The position numbers and the translations under genes were made by a program. A stretch of DNA of 56,326 bases from NCBI GenBank assembly GCA_964531275.1, contig CAZHDZ010000001.1, forward strand, positions 10,556-66,881. The letters are read 5' to 3'. The notes under the pieces were generated by a model, which worked only from the letters and a program-made list of their open reading frames with translations, was not told the DNA's origin and ran no database searches. The DNA is from an uncultured Gammaproteobacteria bacterium. Lineage in GTDB: Bacteria > Patescibacteriota > Microgenomatia > Levybacterales > GWA1-39-11. This document shows, piece after piece, positions 1-7,544 of the stretch. Within the stretch, counting starts at the first letter, position 1. Every line of letters begins with the position of its first letter.

Positions 1-93
1 TTCCATTACGTTGTATATGTAATTTGATCAAGCTCAAATTCCATTACGTTGTATATGTAATTTGATCAAGCTCAAATTCCATTACGTTGTATA
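1..93. repeat. 38-bp perfect tandem direct repeat: copies at 1-38 and 39-76, plus a 17-nt partial third copy at 77-93. The array touches the window edge.
   Basis: Unit ttccattacgttgtatatgtaatttgatcaagctcaaa read directly; both full copies are identical. Confidence 0.95.
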
Positions 94-104
94 ATACGTT
101 GAGT

Positions 105-413
105 ATGATCATTGTTTATTTGACATGCGCAGATGATAAGGAAGCCGACGTAATCGTCGAAGCGCTTCTTAATAAAAGACTTGTAGCATGCGCTAAAAGA
201 CTTCCAATAGAATCTGCATTTTGGTGGGAAGGTAAAAAAGATGCTGTGGATGAAGTTCTTGTATTATTCGAAACTATCGAGGAAAAGTTTGACGAGATAG
301 AAGAAGTGGTTAGGGAGCTGCACAGCTACGAAACTCCAATGCTTTTTTCTGTCCAAGTGCATAGAGCCACTAACGAAGTAAATATTTGGTTGCGTGATGA
401 GCTGAAAAAATAA
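105..413 (+). CDS. cutA: Divalent-cation tolerance protein CutA
   Basis: MIIVYLTCADDKEADVIVEALLNKRLVACAKR...SYETPMLF is typical of the CutA1 family. The ORF track starts at TTG 87; ATG 105 is preferred. Confidence 0.8.
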   Translation: MIIVYLTCADDKEADVIVEALLNKRLVACAKRLPIESAFWWEGKKDAVDEVLVLFETIEEKFDEIEEVVRELHSYETPMLFSVQVHRATNEVNIWLRDELKK

Positions 414-419
414 AAAACT

Positions 420-1427
420 ATGGATGATTTAAAAAAAAGAGCTGAAATTGTTCTTGATAAACTTAATATAGTAGAAAAGGGAAAACGTTTTAAAGAAATT
501 GAGGCTGAGTCTATGAACCCCGGTTTTTGGCAAGATAACGAGCGTGCGACAAAACTTATGCAGGAGATGGCACTTTTGCAAAAAGAAACTGATAGTTACG
601 AAAAGATAAAGGAAATTCTTGCCTCGGGTCAGTATGAATTTCTTGAAGAACCTCTCAAAAATATTGAAAACTACCTCTACTTATCCGGTCCATTGGATAA
701 GTCGAATGCAATTGTAAGTATTCATGCGGGACAAGGTGGAGTTGATGCAATGGATTGGGCCGAGATGCTACAACGCATGTATCAACGGTACTTTGAGAGG
801 AAAGGCTTTAAGTATGAAGTAATAGATCAGGCTTCTGGTGAGGAAGCAGGAATAAAATACATAGATTTTTTGGTTGAAGGAGATTTTGCATACGGATATT
901 TAAAAGGAGAAAATGGTACACATCGTCTTGTGAGACTCTCACCCTTTAACGCTAATAACCTTCGACAAACATCTTTTGCATTAGTTGAAATTTTGCCACA
1001 GACGGACGACGATACAGCTATAAAGATTGAGGAGGACGACCTTGAGTGGGATTTCTATAGAGCATCATCTCATGGAGGTCAAAATGTACAAAAAGTTTCT
1101 AGTGCTGTGAGAGTTACCCACAAGCCAACAGGGCTTATTGTTACTTGCCAGACTGAAAGATATCAGGCGCAGAATAGAGAGTATGCTCTAAAGCTTTTAA
1201 GAGCAAAGCTTCTGGCACTAGCTGAGCAAAAACGAATCGATGAAGAAAAGAAAATGAAGGGGGAGTATAAAGCAGCATCTTGGGGTAACCAAATTAGAAA
1301 TTACGTCCTGCATCCCTACAAAATGGTGAAGGATGTAAGAACTCAGGTTGAGACTAGTGATACAGAGGCAGTTTTGGATGGGGATATAGATATATTTATC
1401 CAGGCCGGACTGAAGGAATTAAGTTGA
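420..1427 (+). CDS. prfB: Peptide chain release factor 2, with no programmed frameshift
   Basis: SPF tripeptide (SPFNANNLRQTSF) and GGQ motif (SSHGGQNVQKV). A single uninterrupted 335-aa ORF. Confidence 0.9.
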   Translation: MDDLKKRAEIVLDKLNIVEKGKRFKEIEAESMNPGFWQDNERATKLMQEMALLQKETDSYEKIKEILASGQYEFLEEPLKNIENYLYLSGPLDKSNAIVSIHAGQGGVDAMDWAEMLQRMYQRYFERKGFKYEVIDQASGEEAGIKYIDFLVEGDFAYGYLKGENGTHRLVRLSPFNANNLRQTSFALVEILPQTDDDTAIKIEEDDLEWDFYRASSHGGQNVQKVSSAVRVTHKPTGLIVTCQTERYQAQNREYALKLLRAKLLALAEQKRIDEEKKMKGEYKAASWGNQIRNYVLHPYKMVKDVRTQVETSDTEAVLDGDIDIFIQAGLKELS

Positions 1428-1442
1428 TAGTATTAAACTCCA

Positions 1443-1531
1443 TTTAGGTTGATTCTAAATTCAAAATATGGTTACGCCAGAATGGTGCAACCATATCACT
1501 TTAGGTTGATTCTAAATTCAAAATATGGTTA
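1443..1531. repeat. 32-bp perfect direct repeat (1443-1474 and 1500-1531) separated by a 25-nt spacer. An embedded 8-bp inverted repeat pairs atatggtt (1466-1473) with aaccatat (1489-1496).
   Basis: tttaggttgattctaaattcaaaatatggtta read twice, in the prfB-downstream intergenic region. Confidence 0.9.
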
Positions 1532-1543
1532 GATAGAGATTGC

Positions 1544-2023
1544 ATGGAAGATAAAAAAATGCCCAAAAAAGAGTTGATTCACGACCTTGAGTCTCCACGT
1601 CGAAAGAGAAATTCTTCGAGCCCAGCCAGAAATACCCTTATTTTTACTATTGTTATAGTGCTCATACTGGGAGTAGGGACAGGGTATATTGCCTCTAATG
1701 TATCTGGGGCAAGCAAAAAGGGACCACTTTCAATTAATAAGAACGATTCTTCAGGGGAGATTAAGAAAGGCTTTACAACAGGAGTAACCGATACGAAGAC
1801 ATTTCCAGATACTGCTGAAGGAATTGTCAGGGAAGGTGGAATTGAGGGTGAAGGAGAATACCATCTTGAGCGTCCAGGAGGAGATTCGCAAAATGTGTAC
1901 ATGACTTCATCAGCAGTAGATTTATCTCAATTTATTGGCAAAAAAGTAAAAGTTTGGGGACAAACCCAGACTGCTCAGACAGCTGGCTGGCTTATGGATG
2001 TTGGAAAAGTAGAGGTGTTGTAA
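1544..2023 (+). CDS. Hypothetical membrane-anchored protein (one N-terminal TM, extracytoplasmic C-terminus)
   Basis: TM segment LIFTIVIVLILGVGTGYIASNV; no recognisable domain. Confidence 0.55.
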   Translation: MEDKKMPKKELIHDLESPRRKRNSSSPARNTLIFTIVIVLILGVGTGYIASNVSGASKKGPLSINKNDSSGEIKKGFTTGVTDTKTFPDTAEGIVREGGIEGEGEYHLERPGGDSQNVYMTSSAVDLSQFIGKKVKVWGQTQTAQTAGWLMDVGKVEVL

Positions 2024-2093
2024 TAACAGTTCACTAGAAGATATCATGGGCCTAGGCATGTGGGGCTTCATAATAAGATATTCATGAAATCAA

Positions 2094-2924
2094 ATGATAC
2101 ATTTTCAAGACGTATCCAAACAATACTACTCTGATCTCGCCCTTGACGGGCTATCTTTCACGATTGAAAAGGGTGACTTCGTATTTTTAGTGGGTCCAAC
2201 GGGAAGCGGTAAAACAACAATTTTTCGGATGATCATTCGCGACCTTACCCCTACTAGTGGAAAAATCGCTATTGGAGATATTGATCTTAAAAAACTTCCT
2301 ACAGGAAAAATAAGGCAGTTAAGGCGAAATGTGGGAGTGATATTTCAAGATCTTAAATTACTTCATGATAGAACCGTTGGTGAGAATGTCATGTTGCCAC
2401 TTCAATTTTCAGGAGTAAACGAGAAAGATGCCAACGTACGCGCCAGTGAAGTTCTAGAAAGCGTCGGTTTGAAAGAAGCGTTTGAAAAATTTCCCCAGCA
2501 ATTATCCGGAGGAGAGAGACAACGAGTAGCAATTGCTCGTGCTTTAGTTTTTGACCCCGAAGTAATCCTTGCAGATGAGCCTACAGGAAATCTAGATATA
2601 GATACAAGTATGCAGATTTTGGATCTTTTAGATTCTATAAATAGAAAAGGTACTACAATATTTATGGCTACCCATAACGATAGAATTATTGATGCAACCA
2701 AAAAAAGGGTACTTGTGATTGAGAAAGGGAAATTAAAGGAAGATCGTAAGAGAAAGGGTGGAGACATAAAGCCAGAACCTAAAGAAGAAGTTAAAATGCA
2801 CACAGAGGTAAAAGAAGAACCTAATGTAGAAGAAGCACACACAAAAATAGAAGAAATAGAAAAGAAAGAAAAGTCAGAAGAGGGAAAGATTTCTCTTGAT
2901 CAGCTAAAGCAAGTTAACTCATAA
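2094..2924 (+). CDS. ftsE: Cell-division ABC ATPase FtsE with a ~60-aa Lys/Glu-rich C-terminal extension
   Basis: Walker [10 protein letters not shown], signature LSGGERQR, Walker [12 protein letters not shown]; directly upstream of ftsX. Confidence 0.85.
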   Translation: MIHFQDVSKQYYSDLALDGLSFTIEKGDFVFLVGPTGSGKTTIFRMIIRDLTPTSGKIAIGDIDLKKLPTGKIRQLRRNVGVIFQDLKLLHDRTVGENVMLPLQFSGVNEKDANVRASEVLESVGLKEAFEKFPQQLSGGERQRVAIARALVFDPEVILADEPTGNLDIDTSMQILDLLDSINRKGTTIFMATHNDRIIDATKKRVLVIEKGKLKEDRKRKGGDIKPEPKEEVKMHTEVKEEPNVEEAHTKIEEIEKKEKSEEGKISLDQLKQVNS

Positions 2925-2927
2925 AAT

Positions 2928-3791
2928 ATGCACGTTCAAACAGTTTCTAAATATATACGAAGATCGCCTTATCAATCAATTGCGGCTATCATGATCATGT
3001 CATTAACATTTTTTGCTATAGGCGTCTTTTCTCTTATTACGATTATTTCTGTGCGTGCTATTAATCATCTAGAATCTCAACCCCAGCTATCTATTTTCTT
3101 TAGAGAAGGGGTTTCCTCAGAAGAGATTGGAGCTTTGAGGAAGCAGCTTACAGAGACCGGAAAAATAAAATCAATAAAATACATCAGCAAGGAGGAAGCT
3201 TTCGCAATCTACAAGAATTTAAATAAAGAAGACCCATTATTATTGGATTTAGTCACCTCAGATATACTACCGTCTTCATTTGATGTTCAGGCGAATGAAG
3301 CTAGTGACCTAACAGCTCTTGCTCAAATAGCTAAGTCTTCTAAGGCAGTCGAGCAAATAAATTATCAAAAAGATGTAATCGACAAACTTGTAAGAATTAC
3401 AGAGGGACTAAGACAGATTGGAATATTAATAATTGGAGTGCTTTTAGCTGTAAGTATCTTCGTAATACTAACAATTATTGGAATTAAAATTACCGTTAGA
3501 AAAGATGAGATAGAAATAATGAAACTTATTGGAGCTTCTAATTGGTTTATCAGAACTCCATTCCTTTTAGAGGGGATGTTCTATGGTGCAGTCGGAGCAA
3601 TAGTTGGATGGGGTATAACTTATGGAATTCTTTATTTCAACTCATCAACGATTTCATATTTCTTTGGAAGCATTCAAGTCCTTCCTCTCGCCCCAATCCT
3701 AATGGTGCAAGTATTGGGAATTTTATTCGTTTCTGCTGTGGTTCTAGGAGCATTTTCAAGTTTTCTGGCAGTTCTCCGATATCTTAAGTAG
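2928..3791 (+). CDS. ftsX: Cell-division permease FtsX
   Basis: Four-TM FtsX-like topology with a large first extracytoplasmic loop; 3 nt after ftsE. Confidence 0.85.
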   Translation: MHVQTVSKYIRRSPYQSIAAIMIMSLTFFAIGVFSLITIISVRAINHLESQPQLSIFFREGVSSEEIGALRKQLTETGKIKSIKYISKEEAFAIYKNLNKEDPLLLDLVTSDILPSSFDVQANEASDLTALAQIAKSSKAVEQINYQKDVIDKLVRITEGLRQIGILIIGVLLAVSIFVILTIIGIKITVRKDEIEIMKLIGASNWFIRTPFLLEGMFYGAVGAIVGWGITYGILYFNSSTISYFFGSIQVLPLAPILMVQVLGILFVSAVVLGAFSSFLAVLRYLK

Positions 3792-3792
3792 T

Positions 3793-5067
3793 ATGAATTT
3801 TTTTCGGTATTCAAAAAAAGGGTTGTTTGCCTTGATGCTCATTGGAGCATTTTTTTTGCCGGCAATTCAAGGTTATGCTGAGGATGTCACACCAACTCCC
3901 ACTCCCACATCCCAGCCGTCATCGGCTCAGTCTACGAGTAATGTCGGAGATTGCGCCAGCAATAATATAACTGTTGCTGATTGTCCAAGTTATCTTCAGA
4001 AGAAAATTTCAGAGCTTCAAGGTCAAGACAAAACTTTATCTTCTCAAATCGCAATTGCAAATAGCCAAATTAATTTGACTGAAGCAAAGATTGCAAAAAC
4101 GGCCGATGAGGTAAAGTCTTTAGAAGATGATATTGATATTACAAGAACAAAGATATCAAGTTCTGAAGGTACCTTGGAGAATACATCGGTTGCATTTATG
4201 GGAAGAGCAAAGGCTGTGTACCAGGTTGGTGCTGCAAGCCCATGGCAAGTCCTTCTAACATCAAATACTCTTGAAAATTTCTTTACACGACTTAAATATT
4301 TAAAGATCGTTCAGTTATATGACAAGAAGAATATTTATGCTGCAGAACAAGCAAAAGTAAATTATGCGAATCAGCAAGACATCCTAGAGGGAAAGAAAAA
4401 GCAACAGCAAGAATTAAGTGAAAAACTCCAAGCGTATACTGATCAGTTGAATCAAGACAAAGAAGCAAAAAAGAAATTGCTAGCAGAAACCCAGGGAAAT
4501 GAGGTAACTTATCAAAAGCTTTTGTCAGCAGCCAAAGCACAGCTTGCTGGGTTTTCAAATTTCGTTGCAGCACAAGGTGGTGCTTCATTACTTTCTGGGC
4601 AAACATCATGCGACTCTTGGGGGTGTTATTATAACCAGAGAGACTCGAATTGGGGCGGGCTTGCTCTTAATGGTACCCAGTATTCCCTCGCGAGCGATGG
4701 ATGTCTTGTTACTTCAATGGCAATGATATTTACACATTATGGAAGGAAAATTACTCCGGTAGACATAAATTCAAATTCTTCAAATTTTGCGTCTTACTAT
4801 CCAGCTTATTTACTATTTACTATTTCTGCGGGAGGTTCTACTGCTTCAAGAGTTGGCCAGTCTCTTGATTCTGTATTGTCTGGTGGAGACCCTGCTGTTG
4901 TAGGAGTAAATGCGTACGGAGGCACACATTTCGTAGTAGTGAAAAGTGGATCAAATGGTAATTACATAATGCATGATCCATATTTACCAAATGGACATGA
5001 TGTTAATTTCACAGATCACTATTCTGTAGGCAGCATCTTCTCCGTACAAAAAGTTGTGTTTCTATGA
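3793..5067 (+). CDS. Secreted coiled-coil protein with a C-terminal C39-like cysteine peptidase domain (candidate FtsEX-controlled cell-wall hydrolase, PcsB/EnvC analogue)
   Basis: Signal peptide, PT-rich linker and a long heptad-like region. C-terminus reads YYNQRDSNWGG...DGCLVTSMAMIFTHYG...GGTHFVVV...HDP (Cys-His-Asp pattern). Confidence 0.6.
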   Translation: MNFFRYSKKGLFALMLIGAFFLPAIQGYAEDVTPTPTPTSQPSSAQSTSNVGDCASNNITVADCPSYLQKKISELQGQDKTLSSQIAIANSQINLTEAKIAKTADEVKSLEDDIDITRTKISSSEGTLENTSVAFMGRAKAVYQVGAASPWQVLLTSNTLENFFTRLKYLKIVQLYDKKNIYAAEQAKVNYANQQDILEGKKKQQQELSEKLQAYTDQLNQDKEAKKKLLAETQGNEVTYQKLLSAAKAQLAGFSNFVAAQGGASLLSGQTSCDSWGCYYNQRDSNWGGLALNGTQYSLASDGCLVTSMAMIFTHYGRKITPVDINSNSSNFASYYPAYLLFTISAGGSTASRVGQSLDSVLSGGDPAVVGVNAYGGTHFVVVKSGSNGNYIMHDPYLPNGHDVNFTDHYSVGSIFSVQKVVFL

Positions 5068-5078
5068 TTTTAGTTTGT

Positions 5079-5239
5079 GCTGCAACTTAAGCTATATTGC
5101 AAGTGACGTTCAGTGTGCTTTTTCTATATGCGGGCACTCACCCAACTTCACAAAATGAACGTCTCCAATAGCGGTTTTGATTTCGAAAAATGAGGGTAGT
5201 CGACGTTCAGTTCACTTGCAAAAAAGCACAAGTCGCAGC
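5079..5239. other. 161-bp element bounded by 28-nt imperfect inverted arms (5079-5106 / 5212-5239); candidate structured ncRNA or MITE-like element
   Basis: 23 of 28 arm positions are complementary, including a perfect 10-bp block ttgcaagtga/tcacttgcaa. The interior has alternative pairings (see findings). Confidence 0.5.
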
Positions 5240-5241
5240 CC

Positions 5242-5261
5242 TCAAATCATTTGATTTTTTT
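5242..5261 (+). terminator. Weak intrinsic-terminator-like hairpin (tcaaa-tca-tttga) followed by T7
   Basis: Read directly. The stem is short and AT-rich. Confidence 0.3.
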
Positions 5262-5365
5262 ATTAATAACTTGCAAGTTAGCTCTCTTTGCTTTTAAATC
5301 AGAATACAAATTATCATGAAAAAAGTCTTTATCGTGAATGAAAAGATTTTTTTCTTTCTTACGTT

Positions 5366-6220
5366 ATGAAAAAAGTCTTTATCTTTGTTCTTTTTTTATT
5401 GCTTATTCCTACAAAAGTATACGCAGCTAATTCAGATATAGTCATTAATGAAGTGTTACCTGACCCAGATAGCGCAGAATCTGGAGAATTTATTGAGCTT
5501 TACAATAAAGGTTCAGAACCTGTAATTGTTACAGGTTGGAAACTTGCAGACACAAGTGGATCAACGCATACATATTTAATTCCAGAAACACAGCCAATAC
5601 CTGCAGGTGGCTACAAATCGTTTACGAGAGGCACAACGGGAATAACTCTCAACAATGATAGTGATGGTGATGGTGTAATACTAAAAGATAGTACCGATCA
5701 GCAGATAGACTCTATGTCATATGGGTCTGCAGTTAAAGGGAAATCTTGGTCAAGAAATCCTAACGGTACTGGAGATTTCTCTAATAATACATCTCCTTCT
5801 CAAGATGGTTCTAATAATGCGCCTCCAACACCAACCAATACTCCCACACCAACTTCGTCTCCAACCAATACTCCCACACCCACACCTGCGCCTACCAATA
5901 CTCCAACACCTACCCCAACTAAGGCGCTCACCCCAACGCCTACGAAGGCAAAAACTACACCTTCTCCTTCTCCATCACCTCAGATGATGACGGCAATGAA
6001 TACAAATACGACAGCTCCTCAGAACCAGCAACCTAAGGAAGATGTTCTGGGAGGTGTTGCTATGGGGGGAAAACTTGATGAATTGGAGGCTCCAAAGCAA
6101 ACGTACAATTGGTGGAGACTACTCATTGTTATGGGAACAGTAATAGTAACCGGTACATGCGGTGTATTCTTATATAATAATCATATAAAGGAGAGAAGCG
6201 AAGAGCTTAATGGAGAATGA
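5366..6220 (+). CDS. Lamin-tail-domain (LTD) surface protein with a Pro/Thr-rich repeat linker and a C-terminal TM anchor
   Basis: Signal peptide; IVINEVLPDPDSAESGEFIELYNKGSEPVIVTGWKLAD is LTD-like; NTPTPT repeats; C-terminal TM LLIVMGTVIVTGTCGVFLY. Confidence 0.75.
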   Translation: MKKVFIFVLFLLLIPTKVYAANSDIVINEVLPDPDSAESGEFIELYNKGSEPVIVTGWKLADTSGSTHTYLIPETQPIPAGGYKSFTRGTTGITLNNDSDGDGVILKDSTDQQIDSMSYGSAVKGKSWSRNPNGTGDFSNNTSPSQDGSNNAPPTPTNTPTPTSSPTNTPTPTPAPTNTPTPTPTKALTPTPTKAKTTPSPSPSPQMMTAMNTNTTAPQNQQPKEDVLGGVAMGGKLDELEAPKQTYNWWRLLIVMGTVIVTGTCGVFLYNNHIKERSEELNGE

Positions 6221-6660
6221 GCCAAGATATTATTCAATCACATTCAGCAGAACAAACCCAAAAAGCAGGATTTGATTTCGCATCAAAACTTAAGCCTCAT
6301 GATGTTGTTTTTCTCATTGGAGATTTAGGTGCTGGTAAGACAACTTTTGTTCAGGGCTTGGCATCCGGGCTTGGTATTTCAACAAGGATTATTTCTCCTA
6401 CTTTTGTTCTGATGCGTCAGTATAATGTAGCTGGCAGGCCAATTAAAACCTTATATCACCTGGACCTATATAGGTTAAAAGACGAGAAGGAAGTAGTAGA
6501 TATCGATATGCATGACTATCTAAATGATAAAGAAGGGATTGTGATTATTGAGTGGCCAGAAATAGGTCAAAACCTTCTCAACAGAGCAGTATGGGAAATA
6601 AAGATAAAGATGACTTCTGAAAATTCTAGAATGATTGAATTTAACCATGGAAATAAATGA
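6217..6660 (+). CDS. tsaE: tRNA t6A37 biosynthesis ATPase TsaE
   Basis: P-loop GDLGAGKTTFVQGLA and a small YjeE-like size; 4-nt overlap with the upstream stop. Confidence 0.8.
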   Translation: MSQDIIQSHSAEQTQKAGFDFASKLKPHDVVFLIGDLGAGKTTFVQGLASGLGISTRIISPTFVLMRQYNVAGRPIKTLYHLDLYRLKDEKEVVDIDMHDYLNDKEGIVIIEWPEIGQNLLNRAVWEIKIKMTSENSRMIEFNHGNK

Positions 6661-7219
6661 TCCAAAAGTAGTTGACCTATTTAAAGAAGGAAAAGTAGGA
6701 ATTTTCCCAACAGATACAGCTTACGGTATTGGATGTCGTATGGATGACGAAAGTGCTCTTAGAAAGGTTTTTGAAATCAGAAATAGGCCTCTGGAGAAAG
6801 CGCTTCTTGTATTGGTATCTTCAATTGATATGGCTAAGGAATACGTTGAAATATCTGAAGATTTGGAAAAAAATATATTAGAAAAATATTGGCCGGGAGG
6901 ATTAACTGTTATTTTGAAATGTTATCAAAATAGGGTACCAGGAATTATTAGGGCTGAAGGGGACACTCTTGCTGTTAGGCTTCCTAATAATAATGAGCTT
7001 GTTGATGTTATTAAAAAAGTTGGAGTTCCTATTGCAGCTCCTTCTGCAAATTACTCTGGAAGTTCTACCCCATTACGATTAAGTCAGGTTGAGGAATCGC
7101 TGACTGAAAAAGTTGACTTTGTAATTAATGGTGTGTGTACAATGGAAGGAGTTTCGACCATTGTTGATGCTACGGGAGATCAGCTAAAAGTGATTAGACA
7201 AGGAGTTATTACATTATGA
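6635..7219 (+). CDS. tsaC: L-threonylcarbamoyladenylate synthase (TsaC/YrdC type, single domain)
   Basis: FPTDTAYGIGC, LPNNN...PIAAPSAN and STIVD motifs. An alternative ATG lies at 6647. Confidence 0.8.
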   Translation: MNLTMEINDPKVVDLFKEGKVGIFPTDTAYGIGCRMDDESALRKVFEIRNRPLEKALLVLVSSIDMAKEYVEISEDLEKNILEKYWPGGLTVILKCYQNRVPGIIRAEGDTLAVRLPNNNELVDVIKKVGVPIAAPSANYSGSSTPLRLSQVEESLTEKVDFVINGVCTMEGVSTIVDATGDQLKVIRQGVITL

Positions 7220-7530
7220 TCGTTCTTCATATAGACACAAGGGATAGTAGTAGAATCGTGGCAAAAATAGATAAGGACGGGCAAATTTTCGAGAAAATAT
7301 CAACCACAGAGACAAGACGCCCCGAGTCGATACTTCTGCTTGTAGAGGCAGTGCGTCAAGATGCAGAGATCGACATAGATGAAATAGACGAAATACGAGC
7401 GGAAGAGGGCCCCGGTTCTTATACCGGACTTAAGGTTGGGGTAAGCGTGGCAAACGCTCTCTCTTTTTCTCTTGAAAAAAAAGTTAATGGACATCTTTTA
7501 GGTGAATTCGCCGAGCCAAAATATCAGTAA
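7216..7530 (+). CDS. tsaB: Truncated TsaB-like protein (N-terminal ASKHA half only, 104 aa)
   Basis: GPGSYTGLKVGVSVANALS motif; overlaps the tsaC stop by 4 nt. Confidence 0.6.
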   Translation: MIVLHIDTRDSSRIVAKIDKDGQIFEKISTTETRRPESILLLVEAVRQDAEIDIDEIDEIRAEEGPGSYTGLKVGVSVANALSFSLEKKVNGHLLGEFAEPKYQ

Positions 7531-7544
7531 TATTCTTCTGCCCT

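Noticed and set aside
1-1531. Possible CRISPR array, suggested by the 38-bp and 32-bp direct repeats
   Set aside because: The 38-bp units are directly tandem with no spacers. The 32-bp repeat has only two copies. No cas genes are present in the window.
1579-1902. Antisense and alternative-frame ORFs in the track. Examples: 1579-1902-, 2402-2842-, 3542-3787+, 4292-4609-, 15389-15670-, 26069-26368-, 30143-30571+, 41462-41896-, 45945-46352-, 46965-47411+.
   Set aside because: Each lies wholly inside a longer ORF with clear family motifs. Their translations are low-complexity or Ser/Leu/Phe-rich with no motifs. They are treated as shadow ORFs.
5068-5365. Known housekeeping ncRNA (SRP 4.5S, tmRNA, RNase P) in the long intergenic gap
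   Set aside because: None of the signature motifs is present. These are the GGAA tetraloop with the AGCAGCC symmetric loop of SRP, the tRNA-like end of tmRNA, and GAGGAAAGTCC of RNase P. The region is also too short for RNase P or tmRNA. It is kept only as an unclassified structured element.
5825-5950. Diversity-generating retroelement target or variable repeat in the PT-rich region
   Set aside because: This is a simple low-complexity codon repeat. There is no reverse transcriptase, no template repeat elsewhere in the window, and no adenine-specific mismatch pattern.
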